Source of the DNA: Camelus dromedarius
Taxonomy: Eukaryota
Assembly (NCBI RefSeq): GCF_036321535.1
Contig: NC_087437.1
Location: 29,142,001 to 29,206,000 of the forward strand
Direction: 5' to 3'
DNA: 64,000 bases
A model generated the notes under the pieces. The model saw only the letters and a program-made list of their open reading frames with translations. It ran no database searches and was not told where the DNA came from. Every line of letters starts with the position of its first letter. Position 1 is the first letter of the stretch. This document shows, piece by piece, positions 50,901 to 64,000 of this stretch. The position numbers were made by a program, and so were the translations under genes.

Positions 50901-51484
50901 ATTTCCTGTCCTACTGCACTCACTTCCCAGTGGCAGATGGGATGGGCAGGAATTTGGAAGCTGCTCAAAATGCTTAGTCATATATATGTGAGGGCTAACT
51001 GTGCTGTGATTTATTATCTAGAAAGTGCTTCATGAAATCCTTTTCAGCTGATTTGGTGATTTTTAAGATCTTTTTTCTCTGAATTAGGAAAGTGTATTCA
51101 TGTACAAGTAGTGTCGTTGAAAGGACTCAATTAATTTCAGCCAGAAAGGTCACTACTTCACACCAGCAGTGCTTTTACTAATTGTAATAAACATGCCCAT
51201 CAATTCATATCATCCACAGGCCAATGTTTAGAAGACCCATACTGGTTTCATTTCCCGTCTAGCAGTATTCAGCAGTGACCCAAAGCGCCAGCTGCTAGCT
51301 GCATCTGAAGATGTGGAGGATGTGGACACATCAGACATACTGTAAGGACACAGTGCGACTGGCAGCACAAATCACTAGCTCAAAGTAGAACTGTTTGTTT
51401 CCTTATCTCCCAAGCAACTGAGAAATTTTATTTAATTATGCAGTTTTCCATTTTTACATTCAAAGAAACATGCCCCCACCCAGG

Positions 51485-51913
51485 TGTTCAGGTTGAATTG
51501 TATCTCCCCTGAAGATAGGTACCTGTGACCTTATTTTGAAATAATGTCTTTGCAGATGTACTTAAGTGAAGTTGAGGTCACAAGGGTGGGCCCTAATCCA
51601 TTACGACTGGTGTCCTTATAAGGGAGGGAGACATAAAGACATCTAAGGAGAAAACCATGTGCCTACCCAGGCAGGGACTGGACTCATGCATGATAAGCCA
51701 AGAAATACCAAGGATTATTGGCAACACCGGCAGCTAAGAAAAAAAAACAGAAGAGATTCTCCCCAAGAGCCTTCATAGAGAGAATGGCCCTGAGAGACCC
51801 CTTGATATCAGACGTCCAGCCTCCAAAACTGTTTGAGAGAATAAATTTCTGCTGGTCAAAGCCACTTGGTTTGTGGTACTCTATCATGCAGCCCTCGGAA
51901 TCTAATTAATACA
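51485..51913 (+). mobile_element. MLT1B-like MaLR LTR
   Basis: 'gttgaattgtatctcccc...tgtgaccttattttgaaataatgtctttgcagatgta...gagagaataaatttctgc...taataca'. Confidence 0.85.
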
Positions 51914-52279
51914 CTAAGTATGAAAAAAACAGTAACTATTTGCTGACTGAAAAATTAGTACTGCCTTCTTTTAGGCTCTTCAAGAGATAATTTTAGACAA
52001 GTTCTTCTATTTTGCAGTATATTCTCTTTCATTTTATTCAGTGATCAATTTCCCAGTGCTGATTAACTTTTCTTTGCTATTATAAAATCACAAGATCCTT
52101 TGCAAATCGAACCTCTTTCAGGAAGAAGGGCAGATGTGGGCCTGGCGGTCACTGTCGGGGAAAGGTGGCAATGGGAGATGGAGAGCCTTTCCTTCTTTAT
52201 GTGATTGCAAAGGGTCAGGACACTTGTGAGAGAGAAAGACTTCATCTAAACTCCAAGAGAGTGAAACCTCAGAGTGGCC

Positions 52280-52650
52280 TGTGTCAGAGTTGGGTATCTG
52301 TGTTAGTTGGGGTCCCCTAAGAAGCAGACACCAAGCTGAGATTAGATGTGCAGGAAATGTATCAGGGGAAATGCCTGAGAAGAATAAGGGGAGGGATAAA
52401 GAGAAGCATCTGAAGACGGCCTGGAGAGCCTTCCGATCACAATGCTGGGCTGACTCCTATGAAGGAGACAGAGAAGGAAGGAAGGGTGGACAGGAAGAGT
52501 CCCAGGCTTCAGCACAGTTCCAAGAAATGTTCAGGTCAGTGGGAAATCTTGCACCCAAACTGGCCATCAGAACAGTCCTGCATCCCAGGAATGGGCTTCC
52601 CAAACCCTCCGCATGCTCAGTCACTGGCTTGCAGCACTCACGGGAACTGT
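52280..52650 (-). mobile_element. Old ERVL-type LTR fragment (LTR33-like, tentative)
   Basis: 'ttggggtcccctaagaagcagacaccaagctgagattagatgtgcagg' motif. Confidence 0.45.
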
Positions 52651-55556
52651 AGCCTGAGATCAGATGTGCTGCGGATCCAGAGGGGTGGCATCCGGACACC
52701 AGGCAATCCTGTTTCCCGGCAGCACGAGATCTGAGCAGGGCATTTTCACAACCACAACTCTGTTCAAAACCAGAATGTATTTTGGGTGTTGCCAAGAGAT
52801 CATGAGAAGGCTGGAACTCTTGAGTAATAAGGCAACTTCAGCCTGTTTATTTGCTGCTTCCTGAAGTGATAGTTCCTTTTGGCGGAGGCTGGTCAGAGGC
52901 AGTTTTTCTGTTGGCTTGTCTGGTGGTTCCAGGTTGCTGTCAGTGGGTCCTAGCTGTGCTTTTTGGCAGCAGCTCTTGCCCGAGGCATCTCCTATTGAGA
53001 AGGACTCCGTGGAAGCAGGTCTATGGTGAGCCCCATGCTGGGCTGCAGAATGCAGTTACTGACTGAATGTAGTGGCTCTAGTTTTTCTTCCAGCTTCAGG
53101 AATGGTTTGTTCTGGCAGTGGATCCTGGTGCCCACCACCCCTCCTTTGCTTTCATTGTTCCCCCTGCCCTCCACCCTCCTTCCTTGGCCCATTCAAATGC
53201 CACCCAAACCTCAAAGTTTAGCTTAATTCCACTTCTTTCCCCAAATTCAAAAGCATACTGTAGAACCTAATCATTAGTCAGTCAAGGATTTCCTTCTTCA
53301 GCTTTTACATGGGGCTTATCTTATTTCTCTAATAATGGATATGACAAATTCTTAAATGTATGCACCATGATACATGCTTTTCAATGGTGGTAAAAATTTT
53401 AGAAAAATACTGACACTGTTGATATTATTCAATAATATCCAGTGGATACCTGCAGTGACAATGGGTCCAGTCACCCAGTAACTATTCCTGGCTCCCTAAC
53501 TGCTGATGACATTGTCCGTGTTTCCAGACCCTGCTGATTCACTGTGAGTTGATAGTACAGTAATCTGGATGCCAGAAAATATTTGAATTATTTTCTAGTT
53601 AAAGTAATTTTGCAAATATGGGATAAAACAATTATATATATACATATATATATATTTATCTGCACTATCAAAGCCTTTATTTAATACTTTTTTTGGCATT
53701 GTGAAGGTTAAAGAGTTAACAAAGTATGGAGCAGTTACCAAATTTCTTTGATCATAGAGCTTTCTTTTTTTCCCCTCATGAAGAATTTTGAGAGGCTGTA
53801 ATTCTATATTTCTGGAAATACTGGATTAAATATCTAATCTTCCCAGGGGCAATTTTCATTTTGATGGGAAATTCTAGAAGACCAAAAAGACTTCATGACC
53901 TAAAACAGTGACGCTTTAAGGGTGGAATTTCAGGCATTGAGAAAGTCAGGGAAGTTATGAAGAGGAGGAGAGACTCCTTTGGCGGGGGTCTGATGTATCC
54001 TGCCTGATAACACTGCCCTTCCAGTGACCTCATGGGAGCTCCTATTAAGAACTCCAGTTTTGCAGCATGCTGTCCGGATCTGGATTCAAACTGAACTGTT
54101 CCATTATTCACAGACTTCATGTTATCATTTGCCCCTTCTCTCCCCCACTTCAGGGCTGGGCTCCATCCCTGTGAAGCTTCTCGTTGAGCCTAGAAAAGCA
54201 GCCAGAGAAATTGCACGCCTCTTCCACTCTCAGAAATGATGCCCTTAGTTTTTGAGCCTAAAATCAGGATCCTATCTCAAGAGATGTGACATTGCCTGTC
54301 TGGTTGAGGGGACACTTCAAAGTTATCAAATCAAACCTCGTTCATTGAGCAACCAACATGTGCAAAGATCCTGTGCTTTTTGTTTGCTTAATGTCATTTT
54401 CTCTGTTCCTTAGGGACAATCTAGATTAATGAAACAAACCTAAAGTGAGTAGTCTGTTTATTTAATTAACCAAATGTCATGGTCTTATTTTGAATGCAAA
54501 ATGAAAGCAAAGTAATATCTTTGTTAAGGTCTCCACTACAACTATTTTCTATATACGCTGTGCTTACAAATGGGTCGTAATCTGTCCCTAAAGCTTTCTG
54601 CTTCAGAAAACTGTTACATAGGCTATTATTAAAAACTCTATTGAAAGACGTGGGAGTCTCTTGTGGAATATACACACTTAACTCTTAGACTGTGATCATT
54701 AATTTTTTATGGGTTACCCACAGTCAATAAATGTTAATAAATGGGTTTGATATATTCATTTTAAATAATCATTATTAAAGAAGTTTCACAGATGCTTTCC
54801 TGGTAGGAGATTGTTATTTCTGATCTCAGCTTCTCTTTTGAAGACAACATTATTATATTATTATTACCATTAGTGTAACTCCCTTTACCCTGGCTCAATA
54901 ATGCCATATAGATATTATTTCACCAACTTTGCTTTGTTGTAAAATTTTCCAGCTACAGGGCAGATGCAATGAGGAATATTTAATGACAAAGAGATGGGCT
55001 GTAATTCAGAGATCTTTCTATACATTCACAATAGGCAAACTTATTAATTGGCCTTGGCGGAGGAAAGGTTATCCTCTCTGCCTTTTTTTGTTTTCCATTG
55101 GGTCAATGTGTTGCTTACTGAGCTTAGACTGGGCTTGCCACCCAGTGGTGTCTTATTTTTGGATTTATTTTGGACATCTTAGTGTGGGTGTGTCTTGGGG
55201 GAGGGAGGAAGTGGAGGCTGGTGTGTGGGCAGCTGGAGTGAGACTCGGGGACAATGGAAAGGACGACAGGGCATCTCCTCCCTGGCCCTCCCCCCACCTC
55301 CCACCCCTAGAGACTAAGCCCAAGGCCTGTGGAGGAAAGGAGGGAGCTGAAAAAGCTGTGTTAGCTCAGGCACTGGTGAGGGGCCAGGAGCCAGGCCCAC
55401 GGCCTGCGCGCCCCGGGTGGGAAAGCAGTCACGTCGCTGACTGTGAGTCCTGGTTTGCCTGTGGATAGGTGAAGTTTATTCTTCTGTCTTTCAATAACTA
55501 TTAATTACAGCCTCCTTTCACTCTTGCAACTGGTCAAGCTAGGAAAGTAAATTCTA

Positions 55557-55810
55557 GGGGATGAGGAAAAAATTAGGAATTTGGGATTAAGAGATGCACA
55601 CTGCTATATATAAAATAGATAAACAACAAGGGCTTACTGTATAGCACAGGGAACTACTTCCAATATCTTGTAATAATTTATAATGGAAAAGAATCTGAAA
55701 AAGAATATATATAAATGTATAACTGAACCATTTTGCTACATACCTGAAACACTGTAAATCAATTTTACTTCTATAAATAAACAAAAATTGCCAAAAAAAA
55801 AAAAAAGAAA
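55557..55810 (+). mobile_element. L1 3' end with poly(A)
   Basis: 'ggaatttgggattaagagatgcacactgctatatataaaatagataaacaacaagg...aacactgtaaatcaattttacttc' plus A tail. Confidence 0.88.
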
Positions 55811-57146
55811 ATAACATATTCACCTTCAACATAGACTGAGGCAGAAAAGAGATCTCCTGGGTGAGCAAGGAAGGAACTATGCACCTCTGAGGTCAGAGGC
55901 TCAAAGGAGGGCACGTGCCTTTGGCATCTCACGTAGGGCCTGGGCTGTGGTGACCAGCATCCCCCAAATGGCTTCATGGGTGCCAGGCCTCACATAGAGG
56001 CTGCATTGGAAGCACACGAGCTGATCTGTCTGGGGACACTTGGAGGGGTGTCCTGAGGACTACCTGAAATCCTGAAGAGAATCTTTTGTCAGGAGGGAGT
56101 TTTTGTTACATGACCTCACTTGATCTCCAGGCTGGTGAGGCAGGAGGAGCTTAATAGAGGCACTGGCAGTCATCACATGTGGGAAATCCCTAGGAATTGG
56201 TTTGCTTAGTGCACTCAGCAATATTTTGGAAGGGGTAAGATTCAATCACAGTGAATCTTAAGCAGTTTCCCCAACTTAAAAGGATCTAAATAATGCTGAA
56301 CCCTTTAGCAAATAGTAGAGTTCAGCTATTTATCAGTTTGAATCTGGGCTTTTGAAGTCCCGTGGCTCCTGTCTTAGGCAGTTTCTCAAAACTTCTGGCA
56401 GTGATGACGAGATGAGGACGGTGACTAAGTTTGCTTCCAGGTGTGGAGCCAGTTGGAAAACAACGATAGTGCATTTTTGACTGATGAGCTCATGCCCTCA
56501 CTTTAATACGATCATGTTTGTCTGATTTATTTTTATTATGTGATATAACCAGAACCTTTCCCAACACAGGAATAAAAATGGAGAGGACTGCCATAAACAG
56601 TTATGCATTATTTGTTTTGGGGATGGTTTCATATTTTGTTGATTCTCATAGAGCTGCCTTAAACTCACTTGTCCTTCATCATCATAAGGGTTAAAGTCAA
56701 ATTACTACCCTCATTTTTGTTTTTTGGTGACTTAACCTTTGGATTGAAAAGTGTATTTGCATTAGCGCACTGAATACATTAATTAAAAAAACAAAACAAA
56801 AAAAAACCCCTCAACTGTTCTCAAAGAACTGCTGTACCTCCCCAGGGTGAATAATCAGTTCACCCCTCCCCCGCCACTGCTGCTTTTCTATTGGTGTGGA
56901 TAGGCTGTTTCCTGGAACACATTAATAAAGAGGTATTTTTCCCCTGCTTTTCTACATGTTTCTTCTGCATAGGATTCACTCTCCTAAAGAAAGATGCTAA
57001 GTTCTTGTAAGTGTTTTAGTCCCATAGCACAGTAAGTAACAGCTACAGACATCTGTGAATGTCCTTTGTATTAATGTCCTTTAATTTTATATTGTGTATT
57101 TGTTTTTTGGGGCATTGACTCTGAATATTATGAATTCTTCTGTGAT

Positions 57147-58098
57147 ATATATATATATATATATATATATTTATTGAAGTATAGTCCGTTTACAATGTTG
57201 TATCAATTTCTCATGTACAGCATAACACTTCAGTCATACATGGACATACATATGTTCACTTTCATATTCTTTTCCACCATAAGTTACTGCAAGATATTGA
57301 ATATAGTTCCCTGTGCTATAGAGTATGAACTTGCTGTTTGTCTATTTCATATATATTAGTATCTGCAAATCTTGAATCCCAATTTATCCCTTCACACCAC
57401 CCGCTTCCTCCTCTGATAACCTAAGTGTTTCTATGTCTGTGAGTCTGTTTCTGTTTTATAGACAAATTCATTTGTCTTTTTTTTTTTTCCAGATTCCACA
57501 TATAAGTGATATCATAGAGCATTTTTCTTTCTCTTTCTGGCTTAGTTCACTTAGAATGATGAGCTCCAGATCCATCCATGTATTTATTTTGTTCTTTTTT
57601 ATGTCTGAGTAGTACTCCATTGTATAAATATATATTCTTTTCCAGTCATCTGTCAATGGACATTTAGTTTGTTTCCATATCTTGGCTATTATAAATAGTG
57701 CTGCTGTGAACATTGGGGTGCATGTATCTTTTTGAATCAAGGTTATCTCTGCATATATGCCCAGGAGTGGAATTGCTAGATCATACTCATATATCTTAAT
57801 AATAAAAAAACAAACAACCCAACCCAAAAATGGACAGAAGACCTAAACAAGCAATTCTCCAATGAAGACATACAAATGGCCAACAGGCACATGAAAAAAT
57901 GTTCAGTATTACAAATTATCAGAGAAATGCAAATCAAAACTGCAGTGAGGTATCACCTCACACCGGTCAGAATGGCCATCATTCAAAAGTCCACAAATGA
58001 CAAATACTGGAGAGGCTGTGGAGAAAAGGGAGCCCTCCTGCACAGCTGGTGGGAATGCAGTTTGGTGCAGCCATTATGGAAAACAGTATGGAGATTCC
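57147..58098 (-). mobile_element. L1 insertion with 5' inversion (twin priming): minus-strand 3' part 57147-57785, plus-strand inverted ORF2 part 57786-58098
   Basis: ORFs 57468-57827(-) [11 protein letters not shown]...DTCTPMFTAALF and 57876-58118(+) [10 protein letters not shown]...[10 protein letters not shown] are adjacent ORF2 C-terminal segments in opposite orientation; (TA)n tail at left. Confidence 0.9.
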
Positions 58099-58249
58099 TG
58101 AATTCTATTTTTAAATAATCTGATTATTTTGTTTTCCTAATGTTTTAGTATGTTTAATTCTCCCGTATTTGGCTTTGTGTGTGTTTGTGTGTGTGTGTGT
58201 GAATATATATATATATATATTTTTTTTTTCAGATTTTAATGCCTTTATA

Positions 58250-58407
58250 TTTATTTGGTTGGATTTTTTGGGTTTTTTGGGGGGGAGTAGTTAGATTTAT
58301 TTATTTATTTGTTTGTTTGTTTATTTAAATACAGGTACTGGGGAATTGAACCCAGGACTTTGTGCATGCTAAGCATGTGCTCTGCCACTGAGCCATACCC
58401 TGCCCGC
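58250..58407 (-). mobile_element. tRNA-derived SINE (Vic-1-like)
   Basis: ggggaattgaacccaggactttgtgcatgctaagcatgtgctctgccactgagccataccct. Confidence 0.88.
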
Positions 58408-61400
58408 TGTGCATTGTATGTTTATATTACCCTTTTTATTTTATAATGGCCTACATAGAAGAAACCATTTTTATTATTGAACTTTTCCAATATAATCTTA
58501 GTTTCTTTTTTTTTTAAGGAATGCAAATGTAAAAATGGTTGTTTACTGTTGTCTGAATTACTTGGGCATGGAAATTATCTGGCTAATGCATCTTTTTAAA
58601 ATAACAATGATCTAATATAAAAGAAATGCATTCCTCAGGCCTTTGGCTTTTCTTCCTTACCTACAGTAATCTGTTCAGCTCTGCTATAACACATCCCCTT
58701 TCACCTTCTCCAGGGTTTTCCTCCACAAAATAGTTCCTCTATCCTGAAATAATCCACTCCCTTGACTGGCCCTTCCCCTCTACCTACAAACACCATCAAC
58801 CTTTCCTTATTTATAGAAGCAAATGAAAACAAACAGACTAAAAAAACGCTACCACTTTCTCTGCAGCTCTGCAGCTTCCTTTACTCTTTGCTACTAAGTA
58901 TCTTGAAAAAATTACCCTGGGCTACTTGGCTTCAATAATGTCTCTCTTACCATATGACTTGCTCCTGTTTCAACTGCCCTTCATGTCTTAAAGGTCCCCA
59001 GTAACAAATAATTCTCTCATGTACTGCTCCAGTCTCCTCAACCTCTCTGGGCACCTGATGATTAAATCACACTCTCCCTTCCTTGAAACTCTGTTTGTGG
59101 TCCTGTTTATGATTGCTGGGCGCCTTGAACTGTCACCACTGCCCCCAATGTAATATGATATATTCTCTCATTATGTAAACACTTAACATCAGGGTATAAC
59201 ACACATGGCATAGGATTTTCTGCCTTTGAATACTTTCACTGTCAAAGTTTCTGAAAGTTAAGCTGAAGTCAGTGAGGCTTCCGGTTCTGCAGCTTGTACC
59301 TTGAGCCCCAGATCTCTAACGCATCCCAGAGTAGAACTTTCAGTGATTCGGTGGCAGAGTTAGCACAAAACTAAAGGGATATGGTACAATTTTAATCATC
59401 CCGTGAGCATTCTTATCTGTTATTAAAAAGAGAGAAAGATTTAAATGAAGCCTCTCTGTGTCTGATGTCAGCTGAGTAGTAAGGCAGCATATCCTCTTAA
59501 AAACATTTTCAAAGAGATTTAAAGGTGAAGCGCTACTTATTCTCACTTAACACTTCTGATCCTCTGCGCATTGTCTGGCGTGGGCAACCCCGGCACTCAT
59601 CCGCTCTGATGTGCTTCAGAATTTATTTCAGCACAGTCTGTCCTCCTCTCTCTTTTCTTCCTAGATGGTTATTGACATTCTTTTACATATTTATTTAATC
59701 AGCATTTGTTGAATACCTAATAAGGGTGGGCCCTTTACTGAGTATAAAAAGATTAGTAAGACACAGCTTTTTGGCTAGCATGTAGTCCCTTAGAGGAGAT
59801 GGACACAACCAAATGTTCATAAAATCCTTGCACTGACACTTCTGTCTGCGCAGTAAGTGTGTCTTTGAGAGAGAACGCTTCCATCACTCCGTGTTTACTT
59901 CATGGAACCCACAAATTGGCTCAAGGATAAGAACACAAGTCTAACAATTCCAATCAGAGCCCTTTCATAAAATTTGATATGTGAATACTGAGACAAGGTC
60001 TCTCCTCTTTTTGGATTTCAAATTTGGGACAACTAGCAGCCTCCCACACAGAAAGGGCTAGCCTGGGAATGAGAACCGCAGACAGAGAGAACTGTAAGTA
60101 ACAGATGAAAAGAGACCAGGTCATCATGACATCATTTGATTGCCGATTCACAGCCGTTCCTACCGTTGCTTCCTTGAACCTCCAAGAGTTCAGACTGACA
60201 TAACTATACAGCAGGTGCGCTGAGAGATCACCCATGGGCAACAGGCATTCACAGGGGCAGAGGCCAACCTAGAAGGATAAGGCTAGTCCAGATGGAGTCA
60301 GCGAGGTTTTCCTGAAAGGGGTAAGTAAGTAGCAGGCTTTGGTAGAATCTCAGGCTGTCAGAATGCAAGATCCAGAAGAACCAACACCCCCACAATATCG
60401 GTTCATGCTGCTACACACACAAAAAGTACATTCATTTATTTTAATTATTATCTAAAGAAATTAAAACCTTGATTGGTGAATAATTTGAAACGTTTTCTTC
60501 ATCAGAAATTGTGCAACTTAAAGTTTGATATATCACAGGCAGAATTGTTTACCACGTGTCTAAAACCCAGGAGATTTGTCATGGGGCTCTTGGGGCTCAG
60601 CAGAACCCCGGGAATCCAGCGCACAGCAGGGCAGTGACTCTGCTCTGCACTCCCATAGCTCCCTGCCCTTCACCTGCTTAAAACTCAGTACATTCAAAGT
60701 GACTCATTTCCTGAGAGAACGCACTGTCTGAGGGTAGGGATGGCATCTTTCCATCTTGGGTTTCATTGTTTCCCACGCTTACGGCTCAGCCCTGACCTGC
60801 TGCGGGCGAGGCACATTTTGCTGTATGGAATTGTCTCAAGAGTAGGAACATCTCACGTGGCAAGGCTGTAGTCAAGGATGTTTGTTGTATGCTGCAGGAG
60901 ACGTAGAAGGAGAGGAAAAACTAAGGAAAGTAAGAAAAAATGTCCCTGGTGGCAGAGAGGACAGGTGGCAGTTCTGCTGGACAGATCTGGAAGCACCTGC
61001 CTACTTTTTCTCCCATGTGCAGTGTGTGCTGTTTGGAAGGCCAGCTTGGAAAAAGGAGTCAGCTACCCCAGTGGGGCTCTAACTAGTACTAGTCTTTCTA
61101 GAGGCCAAAGTCAGTGTGTTCCATGGAGTTATAAACTGTCGAGGGAACTAAGGTCTGGGGTGTGTCATCAAGGCTGTTTGTTTAATGATTTCTCTTCTCG
61201 TTCTCTCTTAAAAATATCTTTTATTTTTTTTATATATATTTGTATAATGTATTATCATGGTACGATTATTGCTAGATATTCCAGCCTATGTTAAAGTATC
61301 TCTGTCAATTTCCTGGGAAAGTAGTACCCGTGAAAATTGACTTAAAGCATTCACATGCACAAAATCATACACACATGTATGAACTTAGCCACTTCAAATT

Positions 61401-61557
61401 TGAGGAAGTGTGAACCTTGAATGTTAACACTTTTCAAATGTAGAAATTTGCAAACACACATAAAAGTGCAGAGAATGAAACCCTGTCTTTCAGTGATTAT
61501 CAATTAATGGCCGATCTTCTTTCATTTATACCCTCATTCATTCAACCCTTCCTCATA

Positions 61558-61650
61558 TTTTTTTTTAATTTGAAGTGTCAATGTGTCAATTTCTGTTGTA
61601 CAGCATTATGCTTCAGTCATACATATACATACTTGTATTCATTTTCATAA
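61558..61650 (-). mobile_element. Young L1 extreme 3' fragment inside an older L1 relic
   Basis: 'tttttttaatttgaagtgtcaatgtgtcaatttctgttgtacagcattatgcttcagtcatacat'. Confidence 0.7.
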
Positions 61651-62129
61651 TATAGAAAAACTAGACTGCATATCATTTATTATAAATATTTCTTTACATA
61701 TAGGATGTAAACTTTTAAAATGATGACAATAATTATATCATTATCTTTTTTTGAAATTTACTTTTGTGACTTGCAGTTATATTCAGTAACTAGAATTTGC
61801 TAACAAAGTTAATTTTTCATTTAGAATGGTAGATCTTGCTTTGACCAGTTTCCATAAAGGGATGATTCATTTCAAATTGGTAATTTGTTTCATCATTCCA
61901 AAAAATGACTTCATTTCTTTAAATAGATTAAACAAGCCTTCTAAGTTCTTATTAATTTGTTCAGGACACCCTTATCACTTATAAATGGGAAAAAATGTCA
62001 CCCTGTATTTCTTAAATCTGATGGGGCTAGGATTAATACCAGCCGTGTCATCTGACAATATATATTTATTACATAACTTTTGGAGTGTTTGGTTCTTTGC
62101 AACTTAAAATACTTTTAAAATAGGTGTTT

Positions 62130-62250
62130 TATTCTTTACAACAATCCTCTAAGTTGGTTATTATTCAAATTCATCTTTATTTTGAACAAGAGGAACTACA
62201 GCTCAGAGAGGTGAAGTGACCTGGGTGTCCAAGTCAGTCTCCCAGAACCG
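62130..62250 (-). mobile_element. MIR fragment
   Basis: 'gaggaactacagctcagagaggtgaagtgacctg'. Confidence 0.6.
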
Positions 62251-63494
62251 TGGGCCCGTTTCACCTGATCAGACTATTTTTCTATGAACCCTTCCATTAT
62301 TGCTCTCCTGCGAAGATACCCATATTTTACATGTTCAAATTTCCAGACTCCTAGGTAAAGGGGAAAGGGAAAAATGAGAACGTGTCTCACAGGTCTAATC
62401 TGACGAGACTGCTACGTTCAACACATTTATTGTTTTAGCCACATGTACACACGTGCCTGATGGCACAGCTCATGGTGCTAGGCTGGTGATATTACCAGGG
62501 TCAGAAGGTGGGATCAAAATAAACACCCTTTCCTCTCTGCAGAAAAATTATCCTGTCAGAAAGGGATTTCTTGTTCAAGATAAAATTCTCTTCCTTTAAC
62601 TTTGAAGTCAGGCTCTTAAAGACTTGTAGGATATATGATTTGCTAAAACAAATAGAACAATTTGATTTCTAAAAATGTGTAATCTTTCCTGCTGCTTCTT
62701 ATATTTCTCTTCCCACATGTTGATAAAGCTCATTCCTGAAAGAATTTATTTTCACCATACCTGTTTTCAATGACAGGTCTGTACTGTGGATGAATATAAG
62801 AAGATTTGATTCACATTACAAATCCAGCAGTGATTGTCAGAACACTCAGGAACAATGCACGTTAAGATTATGACAGTTCTCAAAGACAGAATTGCTCTTA
62901 ATCAAGTAAACACTTGGAATATGGTTGTTTAATGAAGAAGGAAAAAATAATTTTTGACCATTGGAGAAGGAACAAGTATATTGACCACTGAGAACATTTT
63001 GAAATTAATATGCTAAATAGCTATTGCAATTTAGTGATCATTATCATGAACTGTTTTGTCTGTCTCTTCTTTGTGGGACCAGCATTATTCCTCCCTCTCA
63101 CTGCTCCTCAGCCCCACGTAATTGTTATGAGAACCTCATTGTAATCAACTCCTTGGCTACAGCGATTGGTGGGGCAGGTCCCTGTCTCAGGCTGGTCTGG
63201 TCACAGCACCCTGCACCCCCAAACACAGCTATCAGTCTAGGGGTAGACTCAGTCCAGCCAACAAAAATCCTCCCATGATGCGTCTGTAGCTGGGGTTGTG
63301 GACGGGTGTTGTGTTTCTTCTTTGGACGCAAGTAGGTAAAGTGTACATCGAGAGCTTCTGGAAGCCAGATCTCCTTTTTCTCAGAAGGAAGTGTGTGTGC
63401 TTTAGCTGGTTTAAATTTTTGTAATTTCAGATTTAAAAAATTATGTCTTCAGTCCCATACACATTTTATTTCTAACACAGAGGTAGATACTGAT

Positions 63495-63650
63495 CAAGAT
63501 TCCTGTTCTATTGATTGCTAGCTGCATACCTTTGGGCCAGTCACTGAAACTCTCTAAACCTCAGTTTGTCACGTGTCATAAGGATAGTTTCTATTCGTAA
63601 TGATTTACTTACAGGATGGTTGTGTGGCTTAAATAAGATGCTGTATATAA
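63495..63650 (+). mobile_element. MIR fragment
   Basis: 'ccttgggccagtcactgaaactctctaaacctcagtttgtca'-type core. Confidence 0.6.
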
Positions 63651-63684
63651 AATATGTTAACTCTTTAAAGTCTCTAAACTAACC

Positions 63685-63966
63685 TGTTTTTAACATTTAT
63701 ATTTATTGAGGTATCATTGCTTCATAACATCATATAGGTTTCACGTGTACAACATTATATTTCTTCTTCCATATACACTACGGTGTGCTCACCACCAAAA
63801 CTGTAGTGTCCATCCATCTCCACTCAGCTGATCCCTTTTATCCAATTTTATCTCACCCAACCCTTCCCCTCCGCTAACCACTGCTCTGTTCTGTATCTAC
63901 GTGTTTTTATTAAAGTATTTATTGTTTGTTTGTTTTTATACTCCACATATGAGCGAAGTCATATGA
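63685..63966 (-). mobile_element. L1 3' UTR (family distinct from the young camelid one)
   Basis: 'tttattgaggtatcattg...aggtttcacgtgtacaacatta...gctcaccaccaaaa...taaccactgctctgttctgtatctacgtg...ctccacatatgagcgaagtcat'. Confidence 0.8.
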
Positions 63967-64000
63967 ACGCATACCTCCTCTTATTATCATCCGTGGCACT

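Noticed and set aside
54929..55468. Longest ORF (179 aa)
   Set aside because: Non-ATG start, no recognisable domain, composition typical of a chance ORF
56401..56525. C/D-box snoRNA-like arrangement (GTGATGA ... CTGA)
   Set aside because: No terminal stem and no rRNA/snRNA antisense element that I can identify

Overview
Repeat-rich mammalian DNA, most likely camelid: it carries tRNA-derived Vic-1-type SINEs and a matching young L1 3' UTR family. No credible protein-coding gene or RNA gene is visible, so the window reads as intergenic or deep intronic. The supplied ORFs are chance ORFs or decayed retroelement pieces. Main structures: (1) a 5.3 kb non-autonomous class I endogenous retrovirus (1038-6383) with two diverged LTRs, a degenerate tRNA-Arg PBS, a gag matrix relic, no recognisable pol, an env TM relic (ISD plus CX6CC) and a PPT; (2) a young solo ERV1 LTR (22647-23219, GAAC TSD) with a ~23-bp-periodic CCAAT array and two octamers, nested in an old MaLR LTR; (3) an orphan CpG island at ~26.4-26.7 kb and a compact ETS-STAT-ETS motif cluster at ~15.4 kb; (4) atypical L1 insertions (a tailless internal fragment with a perfect 16 bp TSD, and a twin-primed inversion); (5) a local ~140 bp duplication; (6) old DNA transposon, MIR, L2 and MLT fossils. 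I found no evidence of a new biological system. Repeat family names come from recalled consensus motifs, not from a database search.
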